Part shown: positions 27,841 to 36,629 of the stretch, piece by piece
How positions within the stretch are numbered: the first letter of the stretch is position 1
Layout of the letters: the number at the start of each line of letters is the position of its first letter
Virus record (IMG/VR): IMGVR_UViG_2786546882_000003
Coordinates: 1-64,000 of that record
Length of the DNA: 64,000 nt
Source: a virus
Taxonomy: Duplodnaviria > Caudoviricetes
Strand: one strand, 5' to 3'
Program-made: the position numbers and the translations under genes
The notes under the pieces: generated by a model
The model's database searches: none
The model's input: only the letters and a program-made list of their open reading frames with translations
Told to the model about the DNA's origin: nothing

Positions 27841-28045
27841 CGTTCGCGCGCACGCGGCTTACGCCGAGGGGAGCGAAGCTTTCGGCATTCTCGTGGAGAT
27901 GGGTCTTCCTCCGGAGAAGTTTGAAGAGCAGTGCCCATACAAACGAAGTGACGGCCGCCGGTATGCCTGGTATGCCGGCTGGTACGACGCCAGGATCTGG
28001 TCGCGACTCGGCCACGTGTTCGAGAAGTACGGGCTCAAATACTAA
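27779..28045 (+). CDS. Rmf/CrpP-like small protein
   Basis: AYAEG...G...CPY.....R.AWYAGW pattern. Confidence 0.6.
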   Translation: MSTNRLKSLEANKRKLRFKADVRAHAAYAEGSEAFGILVEMGLPPEKFEEQCPYKRSDGRRYAWYAGWYDARIWSRLGHVFEKYGLKY

Positions 28046-28174
28046 AAGGGGCAAAGTGGCATGCTGACGGTTTTGGTGTTGATCTGCGCGAGACTCGCAG
28101 CCTTCTTACTTTTTGCTCTGTTGATCGTCCTCTGTATTCGCAAGGTCATTCGCGGCATTTCGGAGGGTGTGTAG

Positions 28175-28405
28175 ATGCCCAGGCCGATGGAGCTTGCAGA
28201 GTTCGCTGAGCAGCTCGATCAGCGGATTGCCAAGAACAAGGCTGCGGTCGACTCCATCACCGCTGAGATCGCTCTCCGTGAACTCACCTGGGCAAAGAAG
28301 TGTGTCTGCCGGCTACTCGCCGCCGAGCAGCAGCGGCTTGAAAACGAGCGGGTAGAGCGCCAGCTGCGAAAAGACGCGATCCGGGCACTACGAAGACTCA
28401 ATTAG
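28175..28405 (+). CDS. coiled-coil hypothetical protein
   Basis: GGAGG RBS. Confidence 0.65.
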   Translation: MPRPMELAEFAEQLDQRIAKNKAAVDSITAEIALRELTWAKKCVCRLLAAEQQRLENERVERQLRKDAIRALRRLN

Positions 28406-28414
28406 GTAACCCTC

Positions 28415-28945
28415 GTGTCGACAAGTTTCAAACCCTCACTGCGTCTTGTCGGCCTGCACGGATTTTTGATCGGCCGCCTTGGTCGTTATTTCTCAGCCGG
28501 CTGGTTTCCGTACAAAGGGAACTGGGGCCGACGGCACCAATATTGGCTGGTCTCTGAGTACACAAAGCGGTTTGGGGATGACCCGTACATCGTTGTCGGA
28601 TTCTCAGACGGGGCTACCCTGGCCCATGAAGTGGGTGCCATCGACGAGAGGTGTCAGGGGGTCATCGCCCACAGCGGGATGTTCCGCGAGCCAACGCAGT
28701 GTCGTCACATCCCCGTGTTGTTGTTGCGGACATGCGGCGACCTAACACCGACATTTGAGGCGACAGCCAAAGCGGCCGAGTGGTACGGCCGCCACGGCGT
28801 GGCGACCAGGCCAGTTACGTTATCGCGGCATACGGCCATTGGCCACGAATTCGCAAACGGCCTGCTGACTATGAATCAGTGGTCGGTCGATCATTTCGGC
28901 CTACAGTTGCCGATCCGAGACAAACACCTGACGGTCAGCGCATAA
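28415..28945 (+). CDS. alpha/beta hydrolase
   Basis: VVGFSDGA nucleophile elbow, GD, GHEF. Confidence 0.8.
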   Translation: MSTSFKPSLRLVGLHGFLIGRLGRYFSAGWFPYKGNWGRRHQYWLVSEYTKRFGDDPYIVVGFSDGATLAHEVGAIDERCQGVIAHSGMFREPTQCRHIPVLLLRTCGDLTPTFEATAKAAEWYGRHGVATRPVTLSRHTAIGHEFANGLLTMNQWSVDHFGLQLPIRDKHLTVSA

Positions 28946-28949
28946 AAGA

Positions 28950-29006
28950 GCCCCACGGGTGTTTTTATGTCGCAAGCACCCGTGGGGCAGTTTCCTTCCA
29001 CTAGAG
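28950..29006 (+). promoter_or_regulatory. GTCGCAAG hairpin leader (12-bp stem) with no substantial downstream gene
   Basis: GCCCCACGGGTG-tttttatgtcgcaag-CACCCGTGGGGC-AGTTTCCTTCCACTAGAG. Confidence 0.85.
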
Positions 29007-29041
29007 AGCCGTGAGGTCTCGAGTAGAGCTTGAATTGTAGG

Positions 29042-29641
29042 TCACTCTCCGGGATCCGTCAACTCTTCATCGTCATGATCCCGGACGTGAACGGCCGCCG
29101 TATACCACTGCGTGTCCCCATCGTCTTTCATGTGGTGAATCACGCGCCCGGTGCAAATAAGCCGATCCAGAGCGTGTGAAAACGATTCGGAGTGATCCTT
29201 CACGATGATGGAAAGCCTCGTGAGGGTCAGGCCGCCGACGCCAGCGTCACGGAGTGCCGCCATCAGCTCGTCCGCCAGCCCATCCCTCGGCGTTTTGCTG
29301 GAAGATATCGCTCGGTATCCGACGTGGCATGCACCGTCGTTGCTGTGGTAATGCACTGGAGCGATGTAGAAATCTTCCTGAAGCCTCGCCACGATTGTGT
29401 TCAGGCGTGTTTCCTCCATGCTCTTGAACTGCAAGTGCAGTTGAGGCAAGAACATCAGCGATTTGCGGCCGATCGCCGGAGGTCGCTCCTTAATAGCGTT
29501 GTAGACCACCGTCGCCGCGTCGCCAACCTGAAGTTTCGGTCGCCGCCGGTTCGTGTCGCGGTACACGGCCCGGCTCATCGCCAATTCGACGATTGAGTCC
29601 ACCCAGGCAATGCGGTTCGGGTCATCAAAGTCACTGGGCAT
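29042..29641 (-). CDS. hypothetical protein (possible winged-helix C-terminus)
   Basis: Coupled to upstream gene. Confidence 0.7.
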   Translation of the reverse strand: MPSDFDDPNRIAWVDSIVELAMSRAVYRDTNRRRPKLQVGDAATVVYNAIKERPPAIGRKSLMFLPQLHLQFKSMEETRLNTIVARLQEDFYIAPVHYHSNDGACHVGYRAISSSKTPRDGLADELMAALRDAGVGGLTLTRLSIIVKDHSESFSHALDRLICTGRVIHHMKDDGDTQWYTAAVHVRDHDDEELTDPGE

Positions 29642-30594
29642 TATTTGGTCGCAAAATCGGAGAACACTTTACTGACGATCCTTCTGCGTAGATCTGACTC
29701 CGTGTTGTCATTGACCAGTACGGAATCACATTCAATCTCATGGTGCTCGCTACTGTGGGCGTTGACTGCTCCGTGGCCAGGGCGATCAATGCGGTATATT
29801 TTACCGCCGAGTTCACGAACCAGTGCGGCTTCATTCGGAAACCGGACGTTGGTGATCACGTATTTTCCGCCGGGCTTTAGGCGTTTTCGCATCGCGTTGA
29901 CCCAGACATCTTCGCCGAGCACGTCGCGACCAGCCTCCGTGCCCAGGGTCTGCAAATACTTCCGCACTCCGGGGATCCGTTTGGCTTTGGTCCATCCGAG
30001 CCAATTGACGAGGAACCGCATCGTGAACGGAATGCAGTACCAGAAGATGATCGGGTTCAGGATCAAAGCCATCTTGTACATGTAGTCCGAGAAGCCGAGG
30101 ACTTCCCAGCCGCACAGACGCAAACCCTCCGCTGCCGTGTCCTTGCCGGCACCGCCATACCCATTGAGTCCTACAACGATCGGATAGTCTTCGGTGGCAG
30201 GTTGTGTGAGCTCCTCGGTCAACGGATCCCACGGCTGCATGGTCGGCCAGAGAAAGAAGTCGAAGTCGCCACGCCACATGGCAACACTGACCTCAGCGGT
30301 TGCACCGAAACTGTTTTCCCAGCCCGGAAGTAACACAACTGCGTCGCAACTGAACATCGCTTCGATGTCGTCCACGATCAGGGCGTCAAAATCGAAAAAC
30401 TCTCGTGCAGAGTCTTTCTCGGGGTCGAAACCTTTCTTGGCATCTTCCTCGGCCGGATTGAAGACGTTGTAGCCGGCCGCGCGAAGTGCAGCTGCAGCTT
30501 CAGTGAATGCCGGAAAGTTATGGGCCGGCATTCCGGTCATGGGCCCGGCGAGATAGACCCAGTAGTCTGATCGGGGTGGCGATGTTACTGCCAT
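29641..30594 (-). CDS. fusion of DUF4406 (deoxyribosyltransferase-like) and deoxynucleoside monophosphate kinase
   Basis: YLAGPMTG.P.HNFPAF...LPGWENS.GA..E; then GLNGYGGAGKDT, LQTLGTEAGR, NVRFPNE. Confidence 0.88.
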   Translation of the reverse strand: MAVTSPPRSDYWVYLAGPMTGMPAHNFPAFTEAAAALRAAGYNVFNPAEEDAKKGFDPEKDSAREFFDFDALIVDDIEAMFSCDAVVLLPGWENSFGATAEVSVAMWRGDFDFFLWPTMQPWDPLTEELTQPATEDYPIVVGLNGYGGAGKDTAAEGLRLCGWEVLGFSDYMYKMALILNPIIFWYCIPFTMRFLVNWLGWTKAKRIPGVRKYLQTLGTEAGRDVLGEDVWVNAMRKRLKPGGKYVITNVRFPNEAALVRELGGKIYRIDRPGHGAVNAHSSEHHEIECDSVLVNDNTESDLRRRIVSKVFSDFATK

Positions 30595-30974
30595 GCGTCG
30601 TCTCCTTCGTCTTCCAGCTCATCCATAATGTCGCTGAGCGGGTAAATGGTGTTCGGTGAGTCGTTGGGAAAGTACCGTGGGTCATTCGGGTGCCAGAGCT
30701 CTTGGCCATTGGCGACCCGGCTTCGAAGAACCTCGATCTTTTCTGGAGACCCAGGTACTGTGTTGGTCGGCTCGCAAGGTGCGCGGTAGAGATGCACGGC
30801 ATCGATCGACGCTGGGATCGGATGCCGCTTAAGCCCCAGGTTGCGTGATCGCTGTTCGACAGCGCGCTTCGTTCGTCCGAGCATCGTGGCTATCTCCGCA
30901 GACGTCATGTCGTCCCACACCTCGCGTAAGAAGTCGTCCTCTTCTTCGGCCCAAAACCGATATCCGTCGCCCAT
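30585..30974 (-). CDS. Myb/HTH-like domain plus PGSPEK..VL..R....LWHP.D domain
   Basis: W.EEEDDFL...IATMLGRT; C-terminal motif recalled from Planctomycete proteins. Confidence 0.75.
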   Translation of the reverse strand: MGDGYRFWAEEEDDFLREVWDDMTSAEIATMLGRTKRAVEQRSRNLGLKRHPIPASIDAVHLYRAPCEPTNTVPGSPEKIEVLRSRVANGQELWHPNDPRYFPNDSPNTIYPLSDIMDELEDEGDDAWQ

Positions 30975-31699
30975 TACTTGAATCGCCGGGAAGAGTGCGG
31001 CACCACGTGCCAGATGCGATTGCGGCAAGCGACGTCGATGGAGTTACCGAGCTCTTTTGCTTCCGCGCCAGAGACGCGCTTGAAATACCCAGGCCGATTT
31101 TCCACTGTGACCACATACTTGTAGCCGGCCACAGGCTTCGCGATTGGCAGGGTCGCTAACCGCTCGGTGAAGTCAAATGACCGGACATCCAGAGGGTCAA
31201 CCGGTGGGTGGATCTTGCCGTGCCCCTGCGGACAGACCAAACCACTGGCATATTGCTGCCGCCGCGATCCACAGTCGCTACAGATGAGGCGACTGCGGAT
31301 TCGATCCATTGCAGCAGCGTCAAGGCACTGTGGGCTTGGAGGCCTGCCTACCGCCATCTTCTGTTTCATCGCCGGAGTATCGCGAAGCGTGAACTGAGGT
31401 TCCCGCAGTTTTGGTTTGGGCCGGAACGACCGGTCTGCGGTGCCGTCAATCTCGCACGCGAGGCAGGGCAAAGAGAGAACAGTGTGTCCGCAGTAGGGGC
31501 ATCGTCGCTTTGGGCAAGCGGTTCGGTCAGATGTCGGAAACGCTAACCGACGACCGTTCAGCGCGTCGTAGACGACCTTGTGAGGTATACCCATCGTCTT
31601 CGCGATTTCGGTTGGCGGGATATCCCGATCGCGAAGCCGCCATATCTCCCGTGCGATAGATTCCGCATCGACAGTGGCGGCGGTTTTTGTGATCACCAT
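30974..31699 (-). CDS. HTH plus Zn-ribbon protein
   Basis: EIAKTMG; RCPYCG...PCLAC; CSDCG...VCPQGH. Confidence 0.7.
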   Translation of the reverse strand: MVITKTAATVDAESIAREIWRLRDRDIPPTEIAKTMGIPHKVVYDALNGRRLAFPTSDRTACPKRRCPYCGHTVLSLPCLACEIDGTADRSFRPKPKLREPQFTLRDTPAMKQKMAVGRPPSPQCLDAAAMDRIRSRLICSDCGSRRQQYASGLVCPQGHGKIHPPVDPLDVRSFDFTERLATLPIAKPVAGYKYVVTVENRPGYFKRVSGAEAKELGNSIDVACRNRIWHVVPHSSRRFK

Positions 31700-31728
31700 G
31701 CGTGAACCTCCATGCAAGTGTCACGCAA

Positions 31729-31757
31729 ATACTACCTTACGGCCATTTGGCGGTCAA
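31729..31757 (-). promoter_or_regulatory. sigma70-like promoter
   Basis: Reverse complement TTGACC-17-TAGTAT. Confidence 0.55.
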
Positions 31758-32020
31758 TGCTTTTCGTTGACGTCCGTAGGAGGCGGCAACTCCCCTAGTT
31801 CTTCCAGCACGGAGGTAATACTGAAGGCCGCATCTTGCAGACGGCGGATCCGATTGACAAATCGGTCGATTTCGGCCTGCCTTTTCATGTTTTTCGGCGG
31901 CATTTTGCGGGCTTCCCGCTCTGCCAGCACAACTTCGGCCAGAGCCACTTTCAAACGTGCCGAAATGGCATTGCGAGTACCACCAACGACCAAATTTGTG
32001 CCAGAATTCATGATAAACAC
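31754..32020 (-). CDS. hypothetical protein
   Basis: 88-aa helical ORF. Confidence 0.5.
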   Translation of the reverse strand: MFIMNSGTNLVVGGTRNAISARLKVALAEVVLAEREARKMPPKNMKRQAEIDRFVNRIRRLQDAAFSITSVLEELGELPPPTDVNEKH

Positions 32021-32127
32021 CTAGTAGAAGGAAACCGTTTGCGACAAAATGCGTTTATACGTATCGGTTAGTTCACAGGCAAGACCAAAAACAAACGGTG
32101 AGGATGTCGAAAAATCGATTGAAGCAG

Positions 32128-32189
32128 TTGACCGGCAAGTTTCCGTTGCGTATACTGACAGCGTCACAAGCATCAGTTTCCTTCCCCAC
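32128..32189 (+). promoter_or_regulatory. promoter plus variant leader (GTCACAAG)
   Basis: TTGACC-17-TATACT; ACTGA..gcgtcacaag..TCAGT-TTCCTTCCCCAC. Confidence 0.75.
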
Positions 32190-32203
32190 GTGAGGTTTCT
32201 CCA

Positions 32204-32791
32204 ATGAAAGTCACGCGTCGTGATTTGGCGCAAAATCGCGCTAAATTCAGCGTCATTAATCCGTCTGGCCAGCGGTTTACGTATCAGATTGACGTAAAAC
32301 GCGATGATCTCGGCGGCGAGATGCGATTTGTCAATTACTTCAACGGACCCAAGAGCATCTACTTGGGCATCTTTGACCTGCATCACAACAGCCCTGATCG
32401 CGAAGGCCTGCTGCAGTTGACCAAAGCGTCGCCGCGAGACCCAATTTCACGGAAGGCCGCTGCTGTGTTCTCGTGGGTCGTCCACAGAATCTTGTGGACT
32501 GGCGACGCTGATCTCCCCAGTGGCTATGAGGTGCGTAACCATCGGCAGAGTCTTCCGGATCTGATCCATAAACCCGCTGCGGTTGTCGTCTGGGAGCATG
32601 TCCTTGGTCGTCAAGTTGCGGATTTCGGAGAGGGCATTTCGCTTGAGCCAACCGGCGTGCAAATGCTGGCGCAGGCCCAATCATCCAACGATGAGATTCT
32701 GCAAAAGGCTTTGCCAACTGTGGATGGCGGACTGCTGATCACGACGCCGGAGCCAATCGACGGCCTCAGTTTTGTAATTGAGGTGCGGTAA
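32204..32791 (+). CDS. phage protein resembling the N-terminal part of DUF6011-associated proteins
   Basis: GQRFTYQI...RFV...GP...YLG...LTKAS...F.W...LP.GYEV. Confidence 0.65.
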   Translation: MKVTRRDLAQNRAKFSVINPSGQRFTYQIDVKRDDLGGEMRFVNYFNGPKSIYLGIFDLHHNSPDREGLLQLTKASPRDPISRKAAAVFSWVVHRILWTGDADLPSGYEVRNHRQSLPDLIHKPAAVVVWEHVLGRQVADFGEGISLEPTGVQMLAQAQSSNDEILQKALPTVDGGLLITTPEPIDGLSFVIEVR

Positions 32792-33426
32792 TGCAGATTG
32801 AGACGAGTGTTAGCGTGCGGGAACCGTACGCGCACCTTTTGGTGTCAGGGCTCAAGAAGGTTGAAAACCGATCGATCCCGTTTCCATCCAGGTATAAGCT
32901 TCCGACTTGGGTCGCCGTTCATGCTTCGCAGTCGCTGGAGGAATTCAGCGACGTGGAGCACCTGGCGATGATCGCCGGTGATAATCCTCCTATCGCGGAT
33001 GCGTGGGGGTTCGATAAACCGTTTCCTTGGGAGGAGTATGAAGGCGTTCCAGACCATCTTCTTCCTCGTATCTTCGGTCGTTCCGAAATCATCGGAGCGA
33101 TTGAAGTGGTGGCGACGGTCCCGTTTCGGATGGATAGTACGGTTTCCGAGACGTTTGCAGGCTTTCCCGACATGGAGAACTACGAGAAGTTCGCCGTCGG
33201 CGAGCACTGTTGGATTATCGGCGGCTCGATCCGGTTTAAGCACCCCATCGTGACCCTCGGTCACCTCGGCGTCCGCAACATGAAATCGGATGTGGCGGCA
33301 TTTGTTCGAGAGACGGCCAAGACGCTTCTGACGAGCCCGGCTGAGCCTTATGGCCGGCCAGTGGTTCACAGGCTGCCGTCGCTGCCGAAGCGAGAACTAC
33401 TGATGTACCAGGCGGATGTCGAGTGA
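32791..33426 (+). CDS. ASCH domain protein
   Basis: SVREPYA.LLVSG.KKVENRS...VAVHAS. Confidence 0.85.
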   Translation: MQIETSVSVREPYAHLLVSGLKKVENRSIPFPSRYKLPTWVAVHASQSLEEFSDVEHLAMIAGDNPPIADAWGFDKPFPWEEYEGVPDHLLPRIFGRSEIIGAIEVVATVPFRMDSTVSETFAGFPDMENYEKFAVGEHCWIIGGSIRFKHPIVTLGHLGVRNMKSDVAAFVRETAKTLLTSPAEPYGRPVVHRLPSLPKRELLMYQADVE

Positions 33427-33742
33427 AAAGCCGGGGGAACGGAGAGCAGCGCGTCGACTCAGACGAAAGGAGGCTGAGTCATATCAGGGGGTGATCAGCG
33501 CTGTTCCGTACCCCGTGATTTGGAGCGAACACGCGAAGGAACGCCTGTTCGAGCGGTTTGGGTTGTTCCCAAGCGATGCGAAAATGCCAGAGAAGACGAT
33601 ACAACGGGTTGGACTCTCGAAAGGACTTTTTCAGGAGTACTATGTCCGCCGTAAACAAATCGTCTACGTCTGCAAGCAAGTTGACAACGCTGTAGTAATC
33701 AAAACTGTGTTGTTTGCGGACTCGCGTCGTTTCGGGGTTTGA
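33416..33742 (+). CDS. hypothetical protein
   Basis: SEHAKERLFERF...VIKTV. Confidence 0.65.
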   Translation: MSSEKPGERRAARRLRRKEAESYQGVISAVPYPVIWSEHAKERLFERFGLFPSDAKMPEKTIQRVGLSKGLFQEYYVRRKQIVYVCKQVDNAVVIKTVLFADSRRFGV

Positions 33743-34404
33743 CTTTGAACCGAAAAAAGAGCAAACCGCAGTCGGACAATCGGCCGGCTGTGGTTAAGAC
33801 CCGCGTGGAATTGCGGACGGACGCACAGCGGCACGTATATTCAATGTTCCCGCACGTTGACGTGCTTTTCTTACTTGGCCCCGCCGGCGTCGGGAAGTCG
33901 TTCTTAGCGACAGCCCTAGCGATTCGGCAAATCGAGCGTGAGCAGGCCGAGCGGATCATCATTACTCGGCCGATTGTCGAATCGGAAGAGTCGCTTGGGT
34001 ATCTACCAGGCGATCTGCGGGAAAAGACGGATCCGTATATGGCTCCGTTGTACGACCAGATCGAGCGGCTCAAGCACGACGAGGCCAGGGAGTTCACGCG
34101 TAAATACGTCACGGTCTCTCCGCTGGCATACATGCGCGGCCGCACGTTTAACGACGCCGTGTGCATCTTTGACGAAGCCCAGAACGCGAATATCAAACAG
34201 CTCAAGCTGCATCTGACGCGTCTTGGTGAGGGCGGCAAGATTATCATCACTGGGGACACGACGCAGTCCGACATACGTGACTCCGGTTTGGCGGAAGTTG
34301 TCGATAGGCTCAACAACGTTCCGGGTGTCGGCATCGTGAGGTTCGAAGGAGCCGACATCGTACGGCATCCGGTGGTTGAACGAATTCTTGAGCGATTGCC
34401 GTAG
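33739..34404 (+). CDS. phoH: PhoH-family ATPase
   Basis: GPAGVGKS, LGYLPG, YMRGRTF, DEAQN, TRLGE, GD..QSD, DIVRHP. Confidence 0.96.
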   Translation: MTLNRKKSKPQSDNRPAVVKTRVELRTDAQRHVYSMFPHVDVLFLLGPAGVGKSFLATALAIRQIEREQAERIIITRPIVESEESLGYLPGDLREKTDPYMAPLYDQIERLKHDEAREFTRKYVTVSPLAYMRGRTFNDAVCIFDEAQNANIKQLKLHLTRLGEGGKIIITGDTTQSDIRDSGLAEVVDRLNNVPGVGIVRFEGADIVRHPVVERILERLP

Positions 34405-34412
34405 GGGCTACG

Positions 34413-35216
34413 ATGTTTTCTGCAAAGGTTCTGGCCGATAGTTTTTACGAGGATAGCCGACTTACAACACTTGAGTTGACTTATCCAAGGTTCGTGCATT
34501 CAGAGGTGCTCACGCACCGAATGCTCTCCAGAAACGCGGCCAGTTCCAGGGCCATTCCTGTGAGCCGGATGCTGCAGGATGTGCGTGACAACCCTGTCAT
34601 CCCGATTCACTGGGGGAAGAACCAGAAAGGCATGCAGGCTTGGCAGGAGGTCGACCCTGATGGGGCCGCGATGTCCGAGGCCCTTTGGCTTGCAGCCCGT
34701 GACGAAGCGGTCAGCGTCGTAGAGCAGATGCAGAAGATCGGCGTTCACAAACAGATCGCGAATCGATTGCTTGAGCCCTGGATGTGGATTACGGTCATCG
34801 CCTCGGCGACGAATTGGTCCAACTTCTTCGCGCTTCGGTGTCACCCGGATGCTGAACCGCACATCAGAAAAATCGCGAATCTAGCCAAAGTCGCAATCAT
34901 CAAGAGTAGCCCGCAGATATTGGAGGCCGGCCAATGGCACTTGCCGCTGATCGGCTTCGACGGGGACGAGAAACTCACGACAATTGAGCGGGTGCCAGTT
35001 TCGACTGGGCGATGTGCCCGCGTGAGCTATTTGACACATGACGGCAAGCGAGATGTGCGTGCCGACATAGACCTCCACGATCGACTGGTGCAGGCCGGGC
35101 ACTGGAGCCCGTTCGAACACCAAGCGATGGCGGCGCCGACACGGAGCTCCGCCGGAGGAAATTTCGGGAGCCGGTGGATCCAGTACCGAAAGACATTTGA
35201 GGGCGAATGTCGGTAA
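34413..35216 (+). CDS. thyX: FAD-dependent thymidylate synthase-like protein
   Basis: HSEVLTHRMLSRNAASSRAIP, ANRLLEP, NFFALR, CARVSY, HWSPFEH. Confidence 0.9.
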   Translation: MFSAKVLADSFYEDSRLTTLELTYPRFVHSEVLTHRMLSRNAASSRAIPVSRMLQDVRDNPVIPIHWGKNQKGMQAWQEVDPDGAAMSEALWLAARDEAVSVVEQMQKIGVHKQIANRLLEPWMWITVIASATNWSNFFALRCHPDAEPHIRKIANLAKVAIIKSSPQILEAGQWHLPLIGFDGDEKLTTIERVPVSTGRCARVSYLTHDGKRDVRADIDLHDRLVQAGHWSPFEHQAMAAPTRSSAGGNFGSRWIQYRKTFEGECR

Positions 35217-35234
35217 CCCTTACGAGAGAGTGTT

Positions 35235-36242
35235 ATGGTCAATGTTGATCGTCGGGATATCGTTATTGATACCCTGAAGGCGTACCCGAAAACCGATAAC
35301 CGAACTCTCGCGCGACTGCTGCACGATCAGTATCCGCACGAGTTTGGAACGGTCGAAAGTGCGAGAAGTTCGGTCAGGTACTATCGAGGGGTCCAGGGAA
35401 GCAAGAAGTCAGTCAAGGCTTCGCTTCGGCACAAAACGGCTCAGCCAAAACGAACCCCTCGAACGATTACGATCCCAAAGGGAATTCGGCACGCGCCGCC
35501 AGCCCGTCGCTTCCGTGATCGCGGAAAATGGCTGCTGATCGGCGACTTACACTGCCCATTTCATGACGAGTCGGCGATCGAGGCGGCCATCCGGCACAGC
35601 GTTGATAACGGAGTCGAGCACCTCTGCCTGAACGGAGATGTCTACGACTTCTACAAACTGTCCAGATGGACGAAGAACCCAAAGGAACGCGATCCAGAAC
35701 ACGAGCTGGATGTCGGCGGCCAGGTTCTCGACGAGTTTGCGTCTCACTTCGGCGGCCGAAAAGTCTTCAAGGCCGGCAACCATGAGGAACGGTACGAAAC
35801 GTACCTCTACGCGCAAGCCCCAGCCCTCGTGGGGATCGCCGACTTCGAATTGCACAAGGTTTTGAAGCTCCGCGATCGCGGATACGACTTCGTCAAGAGT
35901 CGGCAGTTCTATTCCCTTGGTAGACTCTCCGTGTTCCATGGGCATGAACTACCGCGCGGACTGACGGACCCCGTAAACGTCGCCCGGGGTGTCTGGAATC
36001 GGGTGCGCGAATCGGCGATTGTCAACCACTGGCACCGAACATCGACTCACGTCGATACCAGCGGTTTGAAAACGCGCACCGATGCCTGCTATAGCATAGG
36101 CTGCATGTGCGATATGCAGCCGAACTATGCCCCCGTGAACGCTTGGAACCTCGGCTACGCGGAAGTTGAGATCGGCGAGAAGGGCACTTGGAACGTACAG
36201 CTGAAGATTGTCGACCGTGGGCAAGTCTATTCGGTGTGTTGA
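35235..36242 (+). CDS. calcineurin-like metallophosphoesterase with N-terminal HTH-like region
   Basis: GDLH, NGD..D, GNHE, HGHE, HWH. Confidence 0.9.
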   Translation: MVNVDRRDIVIDTLKAYPKTDNRTLARLLHDQYPHEFGTVESARSSVRYYRGVQGSKKSVKASLRHKTAQPKRTPRTITIPKGIRHAPPARRFRDRGKWLLIGDLHCPFHDESAIEAAIRHSVDNGVEHLCLNGDVYDFYKLSRWTKNPKERDPEHELDVGGQVLDEFASHFGGRKVFKAGNHEERYETYLYAQAPALVGIADFELHKVLKLRDRGYDFVKSRQFYSLGRLSVFHGHELPRGLTDPVNVARGVWNRVRESAIVNHWHRTSTHVDTSGLKTRTDACYSIGCMCDMQPNYAPVNAWNLGYAEVEIGEKGTWNVQLKIVDRGQVYSVC

Positions 36243-36544
36243 TGTTCCTGCTAATCAACGGAAAGCGGTATCAACTCAAGTTAGTACGACGCATTGTCAA
36301 CAATGACAACGAGGCGGACGGAGAGTGTGACGCCCCACACGTCAAAGGTAAACAGATTCGAATTCGGTCGGATCTAACCGGTCGGCGTCTTCTTGATGTG
36401 CTGATTCACGAGTTCTTGCACGGCGCGTTTTGGCACCTCAGCGAAGAGTCTGTCGAGCAAACTGCTTCAGAAATGGCGGCCTTTCTGTGGCGGCTTGGGT
36501 ATCGCCTTCCACCGGACTGGAAGCAACGCAACAAGCTAGGTTAG
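36242..36544 (+). CDS. small HExxH metallopeptidase-like protein
   Basis: GEC...IRI...LIHEFLHG...EE.V. Confidence 0.75.
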   Translation: MFLLINGKRYQLKLVRRIVNNDNEADGECDAPHVKGKQIRIRSDLTGRRLLDVLIHEFLHGAFWHLSEESVEQTASEMAAFLWRLGYRLPPDWKQRNKLG

Positions 36545-36558
36545 CTTGCCTTTGCGTA

Positions 36559-36612
36559 TTGACCGCTGCTTGTCGTCCGGTATACTGAGATAGTCGCAAG
36601 TAAGTTTTCTTT
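36559..36612 (+). promoter_or_regulatory. promoter plus degenerate GTCGCAAG leader
   Basis: TTGACC-16-TATACT; tagtcgcaag..GTTTTCTTTC. Confidence 0.7.
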
Positions 36613-36629
36613 CGCTATCAGAGTAGATA

